NCBI GenBank assembly: GCA_016748015.1
Contig: JAAOMT010000135.1
Coordinates: 372,001 to 436,000 of the forward strand
Length of the DNA: 64,000 nt
Direction: 5' to 3'
Origin: Geosiphon pyriformis uo1
Lineage: Eukaryota > Fungi > Glomeromycota
Positions 1-13,805 of the stretch are shown one piece after another; position 1 is the stretch's first letter, and the number at the start of each line of letters is the position of its first letter. Position numbers and translations under genes: made by a program. Under the pieces are notes generated by a model. It searched no databases. It was not told the origin of the DNA and saw only the letters and a program-made list of their open reading frames with translations.

Positions 1-3000
1 TATTAACTGCAAAAAAAAGTTGTTATCTATAAGAGCTTGGGTAGTGTCAAATAAAAACTACTGGATGTGTACCTGGTATTATTGCAAACCATACCACTAA
101 GAACGTTTTGGTTATCCAAAATAACAAGAAAAATAGAACAATAAATTATGTCTTGCTTGTGAAAAGATGCTGCTTGATAAAAGAATGTGAAATAACATTT
201 CTGGTCAAGGAGAAACATGTGATGCATCATGTTAATACATGATCTTTATTAACAATTGAATAAGCTAAAAAACACTTTTTAATGCCACATAGAACCAAGC
301 ACTCTCATATTTAGACAGTTATCTACATAATAAAAACAAAATCTGGCGAATGGCAAGTGCTAAAATCAAAAATGTTTTGCTTAATAAAATATTAACAATT
401 AAAAACAATTTACCAGAACTGGTTAAAACTGTTCTTATTCCCAACTCAAATGTATTTTTTGATATTTTAAGTAATCCAAAACAATTTCATAAACACTATT
501 AAGACCTAGCATCTATTAGAGAAAAGCAAGAGCAGTGTTTGGATCAATTAAATACAAAGCTGTGTAAATATTGTTTAATTTCCAGTAACTTCAAATATTA
601 TAATGATTGTGATCTCATTTACAATCTATTACCATGCATAATTTATTTAATCTCCAAAGAAAAAAAACCAATCAGCAAGTACACAGTAGAATTGGAATTA
701 AAATTCAACTTAAATTCAGATTCTAACAATAATAACAACAATGATTCTAACTTTGTTTACTATGGCAACAATAACAATTCAAACTCCAATTATAATTTCA
801 AATAATATATCATGCTCCCAGATCTGTTAATGAAGCAGGAACTAAAATGATTCAGTAATAATAAGGAAAGTATTATGCCAAAACATGTACATAATATTAA
901 TACAGAGTTTAATCTCAGATATCTAGAAAAAATGGCTATCAAATTAAAATCATATTTGCACACTAAAATTGATCTAAAAATAGGACTAAAAATTCTAGCA
1001 ACAACAATAGTTCAATTAGCATCTAGATCTAATTTAGTGAAGAAGAAAATTAACATCAGAGGAGGAATAATTAACACAGAATATATAAAAAATATTATTG
1101 CAATGCTACAAAACAAATCAGAAAAACCATATATAATTGAACCAAATGAAAAAATAGCACAGACAATATTTCTACTTCTAATAAAAATAGCTTAATTAGT
1201 GCTAGTAAGAACAAGAAAAGAATTAAGAATCACAGCCAAAGAGAAAAATGGATTCGGATTAATGGGTAGAATAGATATACCAGTCAATTTAGCAAAGAAA
1301 AAAGCAATTAATAAAAGAGAAATTATCTCCACCCATTAATCAGTTTTCATTCCACCATATGACTAGTATATGTTAGTAATAGAAAGAAAAATAAAAGATC
1401 AGTCTCAGATTTTTGAAGCAGAACCAACTATTTGTGAATCAGAAAAAATTGGAATTATCAATCTCTATATACTGGCTAAGAACTGCAAACACATCAAAAT
1501 TTTTATCTACAATACAACTAAAGACACTATTGAAATACTAAGTGGTACTACCATTGGATATTTAAGCATTAAAGTTGAGAACCAACCACTAAACACCATT
1601 CCAGATTTTTCACAATTATGTGAATATATAGATATTATATTATAAATAATATACAGACAAAAAAAATATTATTTGTTTCAACCAAAACAATTAAACCAAA
1701 TAAACTTGGAAAACTTAGATCTATTTTAACATATGTAGCTCAAAATGTTATTTAACAATTTTACTAATATTTTTGCCAGTAAAAACAAATTTAGCAGAAC
1801 TGACATTATCCAGCATTAGATCAAAACTGGAGATGTTATGCCAATTAAACAATAAGCATATAGAGTACCAACAAGCCATGAAATCATCTAACAAAAAATC
1901 AACAGAATATTGAACAATAAGTTAATTCAACTATTAATAAGTCCATGGTTATCACCAGTGGTACTGATTTGAAAGAAGAATAGAAAAATCCACTTTTGTA
2001 TAAATTACAAAAAACTCAACAGTATTATTTGTGGAAACAGTTATTCAACTCCACGAATTCAAGAATTATTCAATGCATTTAGGAAAAAAAAATGGTTTTT
2101 AACATTAGATTTAGACAGTGGTTACTGGCAAGTAGTCATAAATTTAGCTAACAAAAAAAAAACAGTGTTTACAACCAGAGAAGAGAACTTTGAATTTGAC
2201 ATTATGCCTTTCAGCTTAATAAATGCTTCAATCACCTTCTAATGGCTAATGAAAATTGTTTATATAAGATTACTATAAAAATCAGTAGTAGTCTACTTAA
2301 ATAACATTAATGTGTTCTTAAAAACATTTGATGATTATTTTCAATATTTTCAGCAAGTGTTTAAGAGACTAAGAAGAGCTAAATTAAAATTAAACACAAC
2401 TAAATACTTCTTTAGTAAAACAAAACTAAAATTTTTAGAACATATTATAAGCAAAGATAACATCAAAATAGATCCAAATAAAATTGAGATTGTCAAGAAC
2501 TTTTTAGTATCAACAAATTTTACAGAATTAAGAGCATTCTTGGGATTTGCTGGATACTATTGCTGCTTTATTCAAAACTTTTCCAAACTGGCTCAACCAC
2601 TTCACTAGCTTTAAGCAAAGAATGTAAAATATAAATGGACTGAAATTCAACAAGAAGCTTTTAACATCTTGAGAAGAAAGCTTATTTAAGCACCAATACT
2701 GATCTATTCAGATTACAGTAAGCCATTTATTATTACTACTAATGCATTAGATCAAGTCTTGAAAGCAGTATTATCACAAAAAGAACCAGATAGAAAAGAA
2801 TACCTAATAGCATATACTAGCTAAAGCTTAAGTCTAGCTGAAAAGAACTATAAAACTCCAAGATTAAAACATTTGGTTATCTATTGGGCTGTTATCAAAT
2901 AGAAAAAATATTTGAGTCAAAAGTTTAATGTACTCTATATACTAACCACAAAAAATTGACATTAATCCAGAAGCAAAAATTTGAAAATGACTGTCATATA

Positions 3001-3501
3001 AAATAAAAAATAGAACTATTACTATTTAATTATACTATACATTATAAAAAAGAAAAAAAAACGAAAATGCTGACAATTTGTCATGAATAAAACAAATCTA
3101 AGAATATTTTAATTCAAAAATATAACAAAAAATAAATACACAAAAATATCAACAACTCCAATATTATATTAATATTCAACAGTTCAAAAAGAAATTATCT
3201 CAAAAAGAACTAAACAACATAAAACAACAATCAAAATATTTTATTACTTATCAAGATATATTATACTAAAAGAAGAAAAAATATTTAGATTAACTACTCA
3301 AAGTTATCACAGAACCAGAGAAAAAAACAATACTATTCAATATATACTCAGATTTAACAGCAGAATATTTCTATAAAAAAACAATCATGAAAAAAATCAG
3401 AAAAAAATACGATTGGTCATCTATGTATCCAAATATTATCTAATATGTTTAAAATTGTGATGTTTATCAAATAAGAGAAGGAACAAGATCTAGTAAATCA
3501 T

Positions 3502-4374
3502 TGTTACTCATAGAAATATAGAGAATATATATTAGCATAGTTATTAGCCAATCAGAAGTAAACATAGTAAAATGTGGAATTCCAGGATTCTTCTCAAGAA
3601 TTGCAGGATTTCAGGAATTACAAGATTCTCACAAGGAATCGCAGGATTCCAGAATTTTAGGATTCCTCTCAAATGAATTGCAGGATTCCAGAAATCCCAG
3701 AATTCCTGTTGTGAAGAATTGAGGAATTAAGGAATTTCAATTATGTATATATAGCAGTAGGATTAGAAGCTAAAAAGACAGACCTCTCAGTTTAGATTTT
3801 ATCTAAACAACTTTCCAAACCACAAATAAATAACTGTTTGTTATCTTAAACTCACTGCCACTATCAACACTTCATGTTGATAGTAATTGATACTTAACCA
3901 TACTGGAACAATAGCTTTTAATCACAGCTATTGATGGAATACTAACTTGCAAATTGCCTTGGCTTATTTCTTTTCTTTCTTTATTTTCTTTTCTTTTCTT
4001 TATTTTTTTGCTTTGATTTTATTGTTGTTTACTAACTCTATTGAAGATTAAAATGTGGGGTACTAATGTCAGGATAAATGTGATTGGTAAAAAACCCAGA
4101 AATAAGGGTAGAACACTCGATTAAAAATAGCTTACCAAGAGGAATACTAGCCATCAAGCTAAAAAAGAAATTGACAAAACTGCAGTTTCGGAAAGCTACA
4201 AATAAAACTATTACTATTGAATCACTGTTCATTATACAAAGAACTCAACCAAACCTTTTGGATACAAACCTTTCAGACACAAACCTTCAGATCACTATTA
4301 ACTGCAACTAGATTTGAGCACCAAGTTATGGGTTTTGTTATTTAATCTAACACCAGAAATAGTTACCTGTAACA
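3502..4374 (+). repeat. 5' LTR of B
   Basis: tgttactc...tgtaaca; direct repeat of 12807-13679 differing mainly by transitions; CCAAT at ~3548, GGAATTCC/GGATTC repeats ~3576-3740, TATA-like tatatatag ~3746. Confidence 0.95.
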
Positions 4375-4375
4375 T

Positions 4376-7300
4376 TTGGTGCTCCCTGTGAAGTATAATT
4401 CTACAGAGAGCCAGCACCAACAACCTCATTCAAAAGTGGCAGAATCAGAAAATGTTGGAGCAAACCATCTAGAATTCACGAAATCCTTATTTCAATATTA
4501 CTGTCAACATTTGGGATTAACCCATAATCACATATCAGTAGAATCAGCTTTCAATTTCTATGTCAACAAAAGGATTGCCTATCTGTTGGAAACATCAGTG
4601 AATATTGAATCAGTGAGAGAAACTTTTTACAACAAATTAATTTAAAACACCAGCCTATTCACAAATCATAATTTCACATCCATCATTACTGAGATCAACA
4701 AAAAAATTAAACACCACACACAGCAAAGATACCCAATTACTTACACAAGTAAAGGCAAAAGAAAACTACAAATACCAGCAGTAACACCTCAAAGAATACA
4801 ACCACCCACTTGGAAGAAAACTAGAGTTGAGTCCCCAAACAACCCATCTTACCATTATACCTCTGGAAGCACTATCAATATATTATCAACAGATGCGTCC
4901 ACATCAAACGTGACATCAGCATTTGGACATTTCCCATTTCAAAGTAAACAAAAAAAAGAGGATCTACTAGGACCATATGGCAAGTATTTTGAAAAATTTA
5001 AATCTCGATCACTGACACCATCAGGATTTTGATTACCACCATCTCACCCAAATTTCGGAATCACAAGTCCTTGGGAAATTACTAAATTGGAAGAAGAACA
5101 AAAAGTAGAAGAGAAAGAAGAATTTGAGAATCAAGAATTTACTTACCAAAACCCAATTCTAAAAAACCCAGAAATTGAAACCCGAACTTTCAAACCCAGC
5201 CCAATTTAGACAATTTGGAAAACAACACTCTGAATATTTAAATCCCACCAAATCAGAACAATCCAAATCCTGAATTAATTAATTAACACTTATCTCCAGT
5301 TATTGTTATCAATCAACCATCTATTAAACCAATTGGTCAGCCCATCCAACCACCAAACCAACAAAATCAATAACCACCACCAGTACCATCCCAACAACAA
5401 CAACAACTTCTACCACTATAGCAACAACAAATGGCTTATGCACCCATTGCAAAACTCAATAAATTCAACGGTGAAGAAAATGATGTCCAAGTCTGGTTAA
5501 ATGATGTGGCCAAAGCTATTACAGCCAATAATTGGGATAATGCTAGAGCAATACAAGCAATCCTTTATTTTCTCCAGGATATTGCTGATGCATGGTATCA
5601 AAGCTTCACTGTCAAACCCCAAAATTTTAATGGATTCAAAACTGAATTCTTGCAGTACTTTAGCAACAATAATAGTATCAACAAATTAGCCAACACCTTT
5701 ATTACTATTAGACAAGGGGACACTGAAGCAGTTACTATCTACTTGGAACGCTTCCATAGATATCTATGCCAAATACAAGCCATCCAAGCCAACTATTTCA
5801 CAGTGCCACAGATTTTAAATCAATTGCACAGTAGCATCCTACAACAAATATGTCCAATGTATCCAGTGGACTTTTTAACTGCAGTCACCTATGCCAGGGA
5901 TTTTGAAACAGCTGAACTAGAAGCTAATCATGCTCAAGCTGTGAATCTAGCAATAAATGAATTATCTGAATTGAATTCCAAATTGAAGCAATTTAGTAAT
6001 TCAATTAATCAGAAATTAAAGGGATACTTAGCTGACAATCACATGATTTATCAACTTCCTTAACAGCATAACAATTAGGGAAATGCGAATTGTTTCCAAA
6101 ATCAATCACATCCATTGTCATCATTCAATCAGTCATGGCAGCCAGAGATACACGTCTGTCACAACTGTGGTAAACAAGGGCACATCAGAGCCAACTACCA
6201 TACTTATAGCAATCTATGATTGAGAAATCAATATAGAAACCTCAATCGCCAGTTTCAGACTCTGAACCATCATCTGAATCAAGACCAATACCAACCCACT
6301 TACCTGCTTATAATGCACTAACCAATTTATCAACCACCAGTTTATCAACCACAGCTACAAGCAATTTATTAGGTGCAGCCACAAGTAATATATCAACCAC
6401 AGCCACCAGCAATCTATCAAACACCCACCATTCAAATACCACCAGCAAACCCAGCTCAAATGACATCAGAGAACCCAAGATTGAGGATCACCCAAAACTG
6501 AAGATTGGTGATGGTTGTACATTAACCAATCTCCAGCTCTTCCCACCAACAATCAGGATCTTGTCAATGAAATTTGGGTACTGGTCTCACCCAAAACCCA
6601 AATTCCCAACACTATTTAAGCCTTCTGATGACTCCAGAAGATGCCACCTCTAGCAATCAGAGAATCGAACAACAACAACCACCTACCAATAATATCTCAC
6701 CTACTACAATTACCGAAAATAAATTTTTGGATGCCATCTTCCCATTCAAACTTAAGAAACCATTAGATATGTCATTATTCAGTGGAGCAGCACTTGAAGA
6801 GAAACCAATCACGGCTATGTACACTGACACCAAAATTGATGGCCACTCCATCAAATTAATCCTTAACAGTGGTTCAGCAGGCAGCATCATCACATGACAA
6901 CTCATAGATCAATTAGGTCGCCAAGTTGATCATGCTGCCAGTGCCAGAATTATTATTGTGGATGGAGCCACCAAAACCCCAATTGGTGAAATCAATGACT
7001 TCTCAATTGAAGTCAATGGCATCATAGTACCCATCAAAGTTCTGGTAATGGAAGCCACCCAATATCAAGCTTTAGTTGGTAATGACTGGCTATCCAAAAC
7101 CAATGTCATGCTTAATTGAATGACTCAAGAACTAGTACTCAGCCAGAATGGTCAACACACATAAGTACCAGTAACATATGGTCACTTCAAAGCTACCAAC
7201 ACCACAGCACCACTAATTGACTTCGAAAAAGAAAAACCAAAACCTACCTGGGAAGCATATTAAGTCTCATGGGCCAATAAAAAACACAATGAGCTGCCAC

Positions 7301-10300
7301 CAATACTCTCATGGAATGACAATGGCAAAGGAAAACAGAAGGAAACAGAACTTACCTGGAATGCCGACCAAGCCTGGAACACCAACCATGACTTAGAAAA
7401 ATTACCAAGTTGGGAATAGAATAAGAGAGAAAAAGAGAAAAGAAAAGCAAAGAAAGAGGAGCCACTACCAACTGTCAGTTACACTCCTTATACAAATACA
7501 TTATCACAATTATTGAGCTATCACCGACCAAAGCTCATATGCATCAATTGTGGCAAAAAATTGTTGTCAATGGGTGCATGCTATGGCAATGATAAGAAAT
7601 ACCAGACGGCAACTAAGTTTTATTGTTGTGCATGCCTCGTCGAATGCTTTGGAAGACCAAAACGAGTGGGAAAATAAGATAATACATCATGTTTAGCTTG
7701 TGGGGAAACTCTCCTCAATGAAGGAATGTAGAACAACATTCCTAAGAGAGGGGAAACATGCAATGAAACCTGCCAGTATATGATCCTAATCAATGACTGG
7801 ATACGCAAAAGAACACCAATTGATGATGCCTGAAAACGAGCATTATGACAATTGGAAGGATATCTACACAACAAACATGAACTCTGGAGAATGGCAAGTG
7901 TGTAGACAGAAGGTGTAACAACCAGTAAACTACTAGAAATCAAAAACAACCCCCTAGCTCTGTCTGAACCTGAATATGTCCTAACGTTTGACATATTTGG
8001 CAACATTAAGGACAATCTGGAAGAATTCCATGAGCACTATTAACAGTTGGCACCTACTTGAGAAGAACAAGAACAATGATTGGAAGAAATAAACACTTAA
8101 CTATGTAATCACTGTTTAATTCCATGTGACTTCCAATATTGTAATAAGTGTGACCTCATTTACAATCTGTCACCACACATGATCTACACGATCCCAGAGA
8201 AAGAGGAACCAATTAGCAACTGTACATTAGAATTAGAATTGATTTTTAATTTTGATTCAAACTCTGACAACAATGACAACAAAAACACCAGTTCCAGTTC
8301 TATTCAATATGGCAAGAACAATGACAACAATTCCAACTCAGATTTAAACCCCGATCCAAACTATGAACAATATATTGCACTCCTTGACCTCGCCAAGGAA
8401 CAGGAACTTAAATGGTTCAGCGATAATAATGAAGGTATTATGCCAGAACGTGCACATAATACTGATGCTGGATTTGATCTGAGATATCTAGGAAAAGAGG
8501 TCATCCAATTGGAACCACATTCATGCATCTATATTGATTTGAAAATAGCACTGGAAATTCCAGCAACAACAATGGTTCAAATAGCATCTAGGAGTAGTTT
8601 AGCAAAAAGAGAGATAAATATTAGAGGGGGAATAATTGACACAGAATATGTAGAAAATATCATCACCATACTACAAAATGACTCAGAAAAAGCTTATATC
8701 ATAGAACCAAACAAAAAAATAGCATAAGCAATCTTCCTGTCTCTGGTTAAAGTAGCTCAATTAGTATCAGTGAGAAACAAAAAAAAACTAGAAATAACAG
8801 CAAGAAGAATACAGGGATTTGGATCCACAGGTAGAATAGATATACCAGTTAATATGGCAGAGGAAGAAATTGTTGGCCAAGAAGAAATTATTTTAACTGG
8901 TCAAACAATTTCTATTCCATTATATAGCCAATACATGTTAGCAATAAAAAGGAGAGAAAAGGAGCAAAAACAGATTTTTGAAGCAAAAACAACCCTTTGT
9001 GAATCAAGAGAAATTGGACTTATCAATCTACACATACCAGCCAAGAGCCATAACCATATCAAAATTTCTATCTACAACAACACTGGAAATGTTGTAGAGA
9101 TACCAGAAAGAACCACTCTTAAATATTTAACCATGGAAATTGAAGATCAAGCACCAAACAGCATTCCAGATTTTCCACAGCTTTGTAGATATGTGGATAT
9201 TACATCACAAACTATCTATGGACAAAACAAATGTTATCTGTTACAGCCAAAACAATTGAAACAGATGAACATGGAAAATCTAGACCCACTTCAACAGATG
9301 CAACTAAAGATGTTACTCAATAATTTCAATGACATCTTTGTCAGTGAAAACGAATTTGGCAGAACTAATATTATTCAGCATCAAATTAAGACTGGAGATG
9401 CAATGCCTATTAAACAATGAGCATATAGGATACCACCAGCCAGCCATGAAATTATCTGTCAAGAGATCAACCGAATGCTTGACAACGGGTTAATTCAGCC
9501 ATCAATGAGCCCATGGTCGTCACTAGTAGTATTCATCCATAAGAAGAATGGAAAAATCCGATTTTGTATAGACTACAAGAAACTCAATAGTGTAACTCAT
9601 AGAGACAGCTATCCAACTTCACAGATACAAAAACTATTTGACGCTTTTGGTAGAAACAAATGGTTTTCAATGTTAGACTTGAATAGTGAGTATTGGCAAG
9701 TAGCCATGGATCCAGCCAACAAAAAAAAAATGGTGTTCACCACAAGAAAGGGAAACTTTGAGTTTGAAGTTATGTCATTCGGCTTAACCAATGCTCCAGC
9801 TATATTCCAATGGCTAATAGAAATTATGTATACTGGCTTATTGTAGAAATCAGTAGTTGTATACTTAGATGACACCAATGTGTTCTTAAAAACATTTGAT
9901 GATCATCTACATTATCTCCAACAAGTGTTTGAAAAACTATGATGAACAGGATTAAAATTGAATGCAACAAAGTGTTTTTTTGACAAAACAGAACTGAAAT
10001 TCTTAGAATACATAGTTAGCAAAAACAGCATAAAAACAGATCTGGAGAAAATAGAGATAGTAAAGAACTTTTTAATACCAACTAACATAACCAAGCTGAA
10101 ATCATTCTTGGGATTTGCAAGTTATTATAGATGCTTCATAAAGAACTTTTCAAAGATAGCACAACCACTCAATAATCTTCAAACCAAAAATGCAAAGTAT
10201 GAATAGACTGAAACCCAGCAAGAAGCATTTGATATCTTAAAAAAAAAGCTTATTCAAGCTTCAGTATTGATCTATCCAGATCATAGTAAACCATTCATTA

Positions 10301-10665
10301 TCACCACTGATGCATCAGGTCAAGCATTAGGAGCAGTAATATCTCAGAGAGGACCAGATGGAAGAGAACATCCAGTCACATACACCAGCCGAGGTTTAAC
10401 ACCAGCCAAAAAGAACTATAGAACACCAGAATTAGAACATTTAGCAATCTATTGGACAGTTATAAAATGGAAAAAATACTTGAGCCAAAAGTTTGAGGTG
10501 TACACAGATCACAAAAAATTGACATTACTCCAAAAACAAGAATTTGGAGATGGAAGACAGTCAAGATAGAAAATGGCACTTGCGCCATATACTTATACCA
10601 TATATTATAAAAAGAGAAAAGACAAGAGAAATGCCGACAGTTTGTCACAAATAAGACAAATTTAA
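4376..10665 (+). pseudogene. gag-protease-(Cys-rich)-dUTPase-RT-RNase H polyprotein of B, broken by nonsense transitions
   Basis: ORF fragments at 5431, 6574, 8179, 8770, 9475, 9958 and 10267 are all in one frame. Capsid IAKLNKFNGEEND; CCHC knuckle CHNCGKQGH ~6157; protease IL(N/D)SGSAG ~6860; DAGFDL/RSS/GFGSTG dUTPase; YLDD ~9862; RH TDASG; ends NADSLSQIRQI*. Confidence 0.92.
4377..4391 (+). promoter_or_regulatory. Primer-binding site of B (TGGTGCTCCCTGTGA)
   Basis: Starts with TGG 2 nt after the LTR end; complementary to a tRNA 3' end ...UCACAGGGAGCACCA; same motif in C, D and G. Confidence 0.9.
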
Positions 10666-10726
10666 AAACATTTCAACCCAAAAATATAACAAAACCAAAA
10701 CAATACTCACGAAAATATAACAAAAG

Positions 10727-12109
10727 ATGAACACACAAAAATATCAACAATTTTAACATTATATAGATACTCAACAGTTCAAGAAGAAATTATCTCAACC
10801 GGAACAAAAAAAGATCAAACAACAATCCAAATATTTTATTACTTACCAAAATATACTTTATCAGAAAAATAGAAAAGATTCAGATCAACCAACCAAAGTA
10901 ATTACAGAACCAGAAAAGGAGACAATACTGTTCAACATGTATTTAGATCCAATTGCAGGACATTTTCATAAAGAAGCAACCATGAAAAGAACCAGAAAGA
11001 GATACTATTGGCCATCAATGTATCCAGACATCATCCAATATGTGCAAAATTGTGATGCTTATCAAAGAAGAGGAGGAACAAGACCCAGCAAACCATTAAG
11101 ACCAATCAAAGTGGGATAACTATTTAACTGCATTAGAATCAATTTAGTCAGATCATTGACAATTACCAGCAGAGGCAACAGATATATTGCAGTAGCCATG
11201 GACTATCTTACTAAATGGCCAGAAGCCAAAGCAATTCAAAGAACAAATGCAGAATCTGTTGCCGAATTTGTCCATCAAGATCTGATTTGTTGACATGAAT
11301 GTTCAAAAGAACTATTATCAGACCAAAAAACCCATTTTGTGAATAAAACATTAGCAGAACTAAGCCAAAGATTCAGAATTAAGAGACCACTATCATCACC
11401 ATATTATTCACAAACCAATGGATTAGTTGAAAGATTTAATAGAACATTGTGTGAAACAATAGTGAAACTCAGCCAAGAAAACCAAGACAAATGGGATTTG
11501 TTTATACCATCAATATTATTTGCTTATTGGACAATGAAGCAAGACACCACACAAGCAACACCATTTGAATTGATATACAGTAGAACAGCAATATTACCAG
11601 TTGAGATAGAAGTTAACATATATCCAACTAAACCAATAACAGAAGAGAATTTTCAAGAAACATTGTTAAGAAGAACATATGACTTAATAGAAACGTTGAA
11701 AAACAAATAAAGAAGAGCAGCTGATAACATACAAAAGTCACAAGAGAAACAGAAAGAAAGACATAATAATTAACTACCAGACAAACCAGTTGAATTCAAG
11801 ATTGGAGACAAAGTACTTTTACATTATACCAAAGCAGAAAAACAATGGAGTGGAAAATTCGACCCCAAATGGGATAGACCATTTCACATAGAAGAAATTC
11901 TAGGGAATAGAGCTTACAAATTAAGACTGGATAACAAAATTTTAACCAAAGCAGCACATGGAGATCGACTGAAATTATACCACAACATCACACTACCATC
12001 CACCAGTAATATTCCACAATTAGGAGTACAGAAGATACTAGTTCAACCAAAGGAGATTCTACAAGATCTGGAACCAATCATCATCATTGACAACAACACG
12101 TTAAATTAA
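10727..12109 (+). pseudogene. Integrase ORF of B (own ATG, different frame from RT-RH)
   Basis: MNTQKYQQ...; HHCC-type region (AGHF..CDAY), decayed DDE core (QTNGLVERFNRTL), KWD(R/G)PF GPY/F motif; no chromodomain seen. Confidence 0.9.
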
Positions 12110-12133
12110 TCCATTAAAAAAATATATAAAGAC

Positions 12134-12787
12134 ATGGTAAATGCAACAAGAAATATCAGAAAAATGGAAATTACAGACAACATCCACTTATTAGCACAAC
12201 AACTCTTTCAATTGATTCAATACCAAGAGATGGAAATTACAATTAATCAACAAACCATTCAATATCAAGACACTAAAAAGACATCACCATATAGAACACA
12301 GAAGAAAACAGAAAATACCATTGACAAAATTATTGCGAAAGTAAAATTAGCAATAAAAGAATTGATAAAAGAGTCACTATACCAAAAGTTGACTAAAAAA
12401 ACTTGGAATTAATGGATACAACAATTTCCAAGAAACTATTGTTATTTTTACTTGGGACAACACGTGAATATTCAGAATCTATATATGGATAAAACAAAGC
12501 AATTATTCGACACCAAAATACTACAACAATTAGAACATTTTGTGAGAAAGAACAACTTATCCACACAGGCCTAAGCCATATACCAAATACACACAACATT
12601 TCAGGATTGACCAGAAATCTTACTTAACAAAGCAATAGACACAGTTACCAGTAATCAATTAGGAAAGATCACCAATACTCAATTTGAAGAATTACAGACT
12701 CAAATAACACAAGTAATTTTTAAAAATGAAATTCAGGAAATACTTTAAGAAGGGGAATTAACAGAGTTAGATTTCAATAGAGCTTAA
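12134..12787 (+). pseudogene. Additional 3' ORF (ORF3, ~218 codons, unknown function) of B
   Basis: ATG-initiated frame between IN and PPT, broken only by TAA/TGA transitions; homologous segment in A (~15690-16365). Confidence 0.7.
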
Positions 12788-12791
12788 TATT

Positions 12792-12806
12792 AAAAGGAGG
12801 GAATAA
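12792..12806 (+). promoter_or_regulatory. Polypurine tract of B
   Basis: aaaaggagggaataa abutting the 3' LTR. Confidence 0.85.
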
Positions 12807-13679
12807 TGTTACTTATAGAAATATAGAGAATATATATTAGCATAGTTATTAGCCAATCAGAAGTAGACATAGTAAAATGTGGAATTCCAGGATTCCTTTC
12901 AGGAATTGCAGGATTTCAGGAATTACAGGATTTTCACAAGGAATTGCAAGATTCCAGAATTCCAGGATTCCTCTCAAAGAAATTGCAGGATTCCAGAAAT
13001 CCCAGAATTCCTGTTGTGAAGAATTGAGGAATTGAGGAATCTCAATTATGTATATATAGCAGTAGGATTAGAAGCTAAAAAGACAGACCTCTCAGTTTAG
13101 ATTTTATCTAGACAACTTTTTAAACCACAAATAAATAACTGTTTGTTATCTCAAACTTGCTGCCACTATCAACACTTCATGTTGATAATAATTGATACTT
13201 AACCACACTGGAACAATAGTTTTTAATCACAGCTATTGATGGAATACTAACTTGCAAATTGCCTTGGCTTATTTCTTTTCTTTCTTTATTTTCTTTTCTT
13301 TTCTTTATTTTTTTGCTTTGATTTTATTGTTGTTTACTAACTCTATTGAGGATTAACACACAGGGTACTGATGTCAGGATAAACATGACTGGTAAAAGAC
13401 CCAGAAATAAGGATAAAACACTCAATTAAGGATAGTTTACCAAGAAGAATACCAGCCATCAAGCTGAAAAAGAAATTGACAAAACTGCAGTTTTGGAAAG
13501 CTACAGATAAAACTATTATCATTGAATCACTGTTCATTATACAAAGAACTCAACCAAACTTTTTGGATACAAACCCTTCAGACACAAACCTTCAGATCAC
13601 TATCAACTGCAACTAGATTTGAGCACCAAGTTATAGGTTTTGTTATTTAATCCAACACCAAAAATAGTCACTTGTAATA
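12807..13679 (+). repeat. 3' LTR of B
   Basis: 873-bp direct repeat of 3502-4374. Confidence 0.95.
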
Positions 13680-13805
13680 TTATTAAGACCAATTAAAGTG
13701 AGACAACTATTTGATCAAATTAAAATTGACTTAGTTGGATCATTAACAATAACCAGTAAAGGCAATTATTATATAGCAGTAGTTATAAACTATCTCATTA
13801 AATAG

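Larger units (their letters stand above)
3502..13679 (+). mobile_element. Full-length Ty3/Gypsy element B (family 1), 10.2 kb, inserted in the integrase gene of A
   Basis: Two 873-bp LTRs (3502-4374, 12807-13679), PBS, PPT, 4-bp TSD tcat/ttat; gag-PR-dUTPase-RT-RH, IN and ORF3. Confidence 0.96.

Noticed and set aside
4038-4311. Small ORFs inside family-1 LTRs (also 13343-13537, 44679-44867)
   Set aside because: Frames and starts are not consistently preserved among the LTR copies; no recognisable domain.
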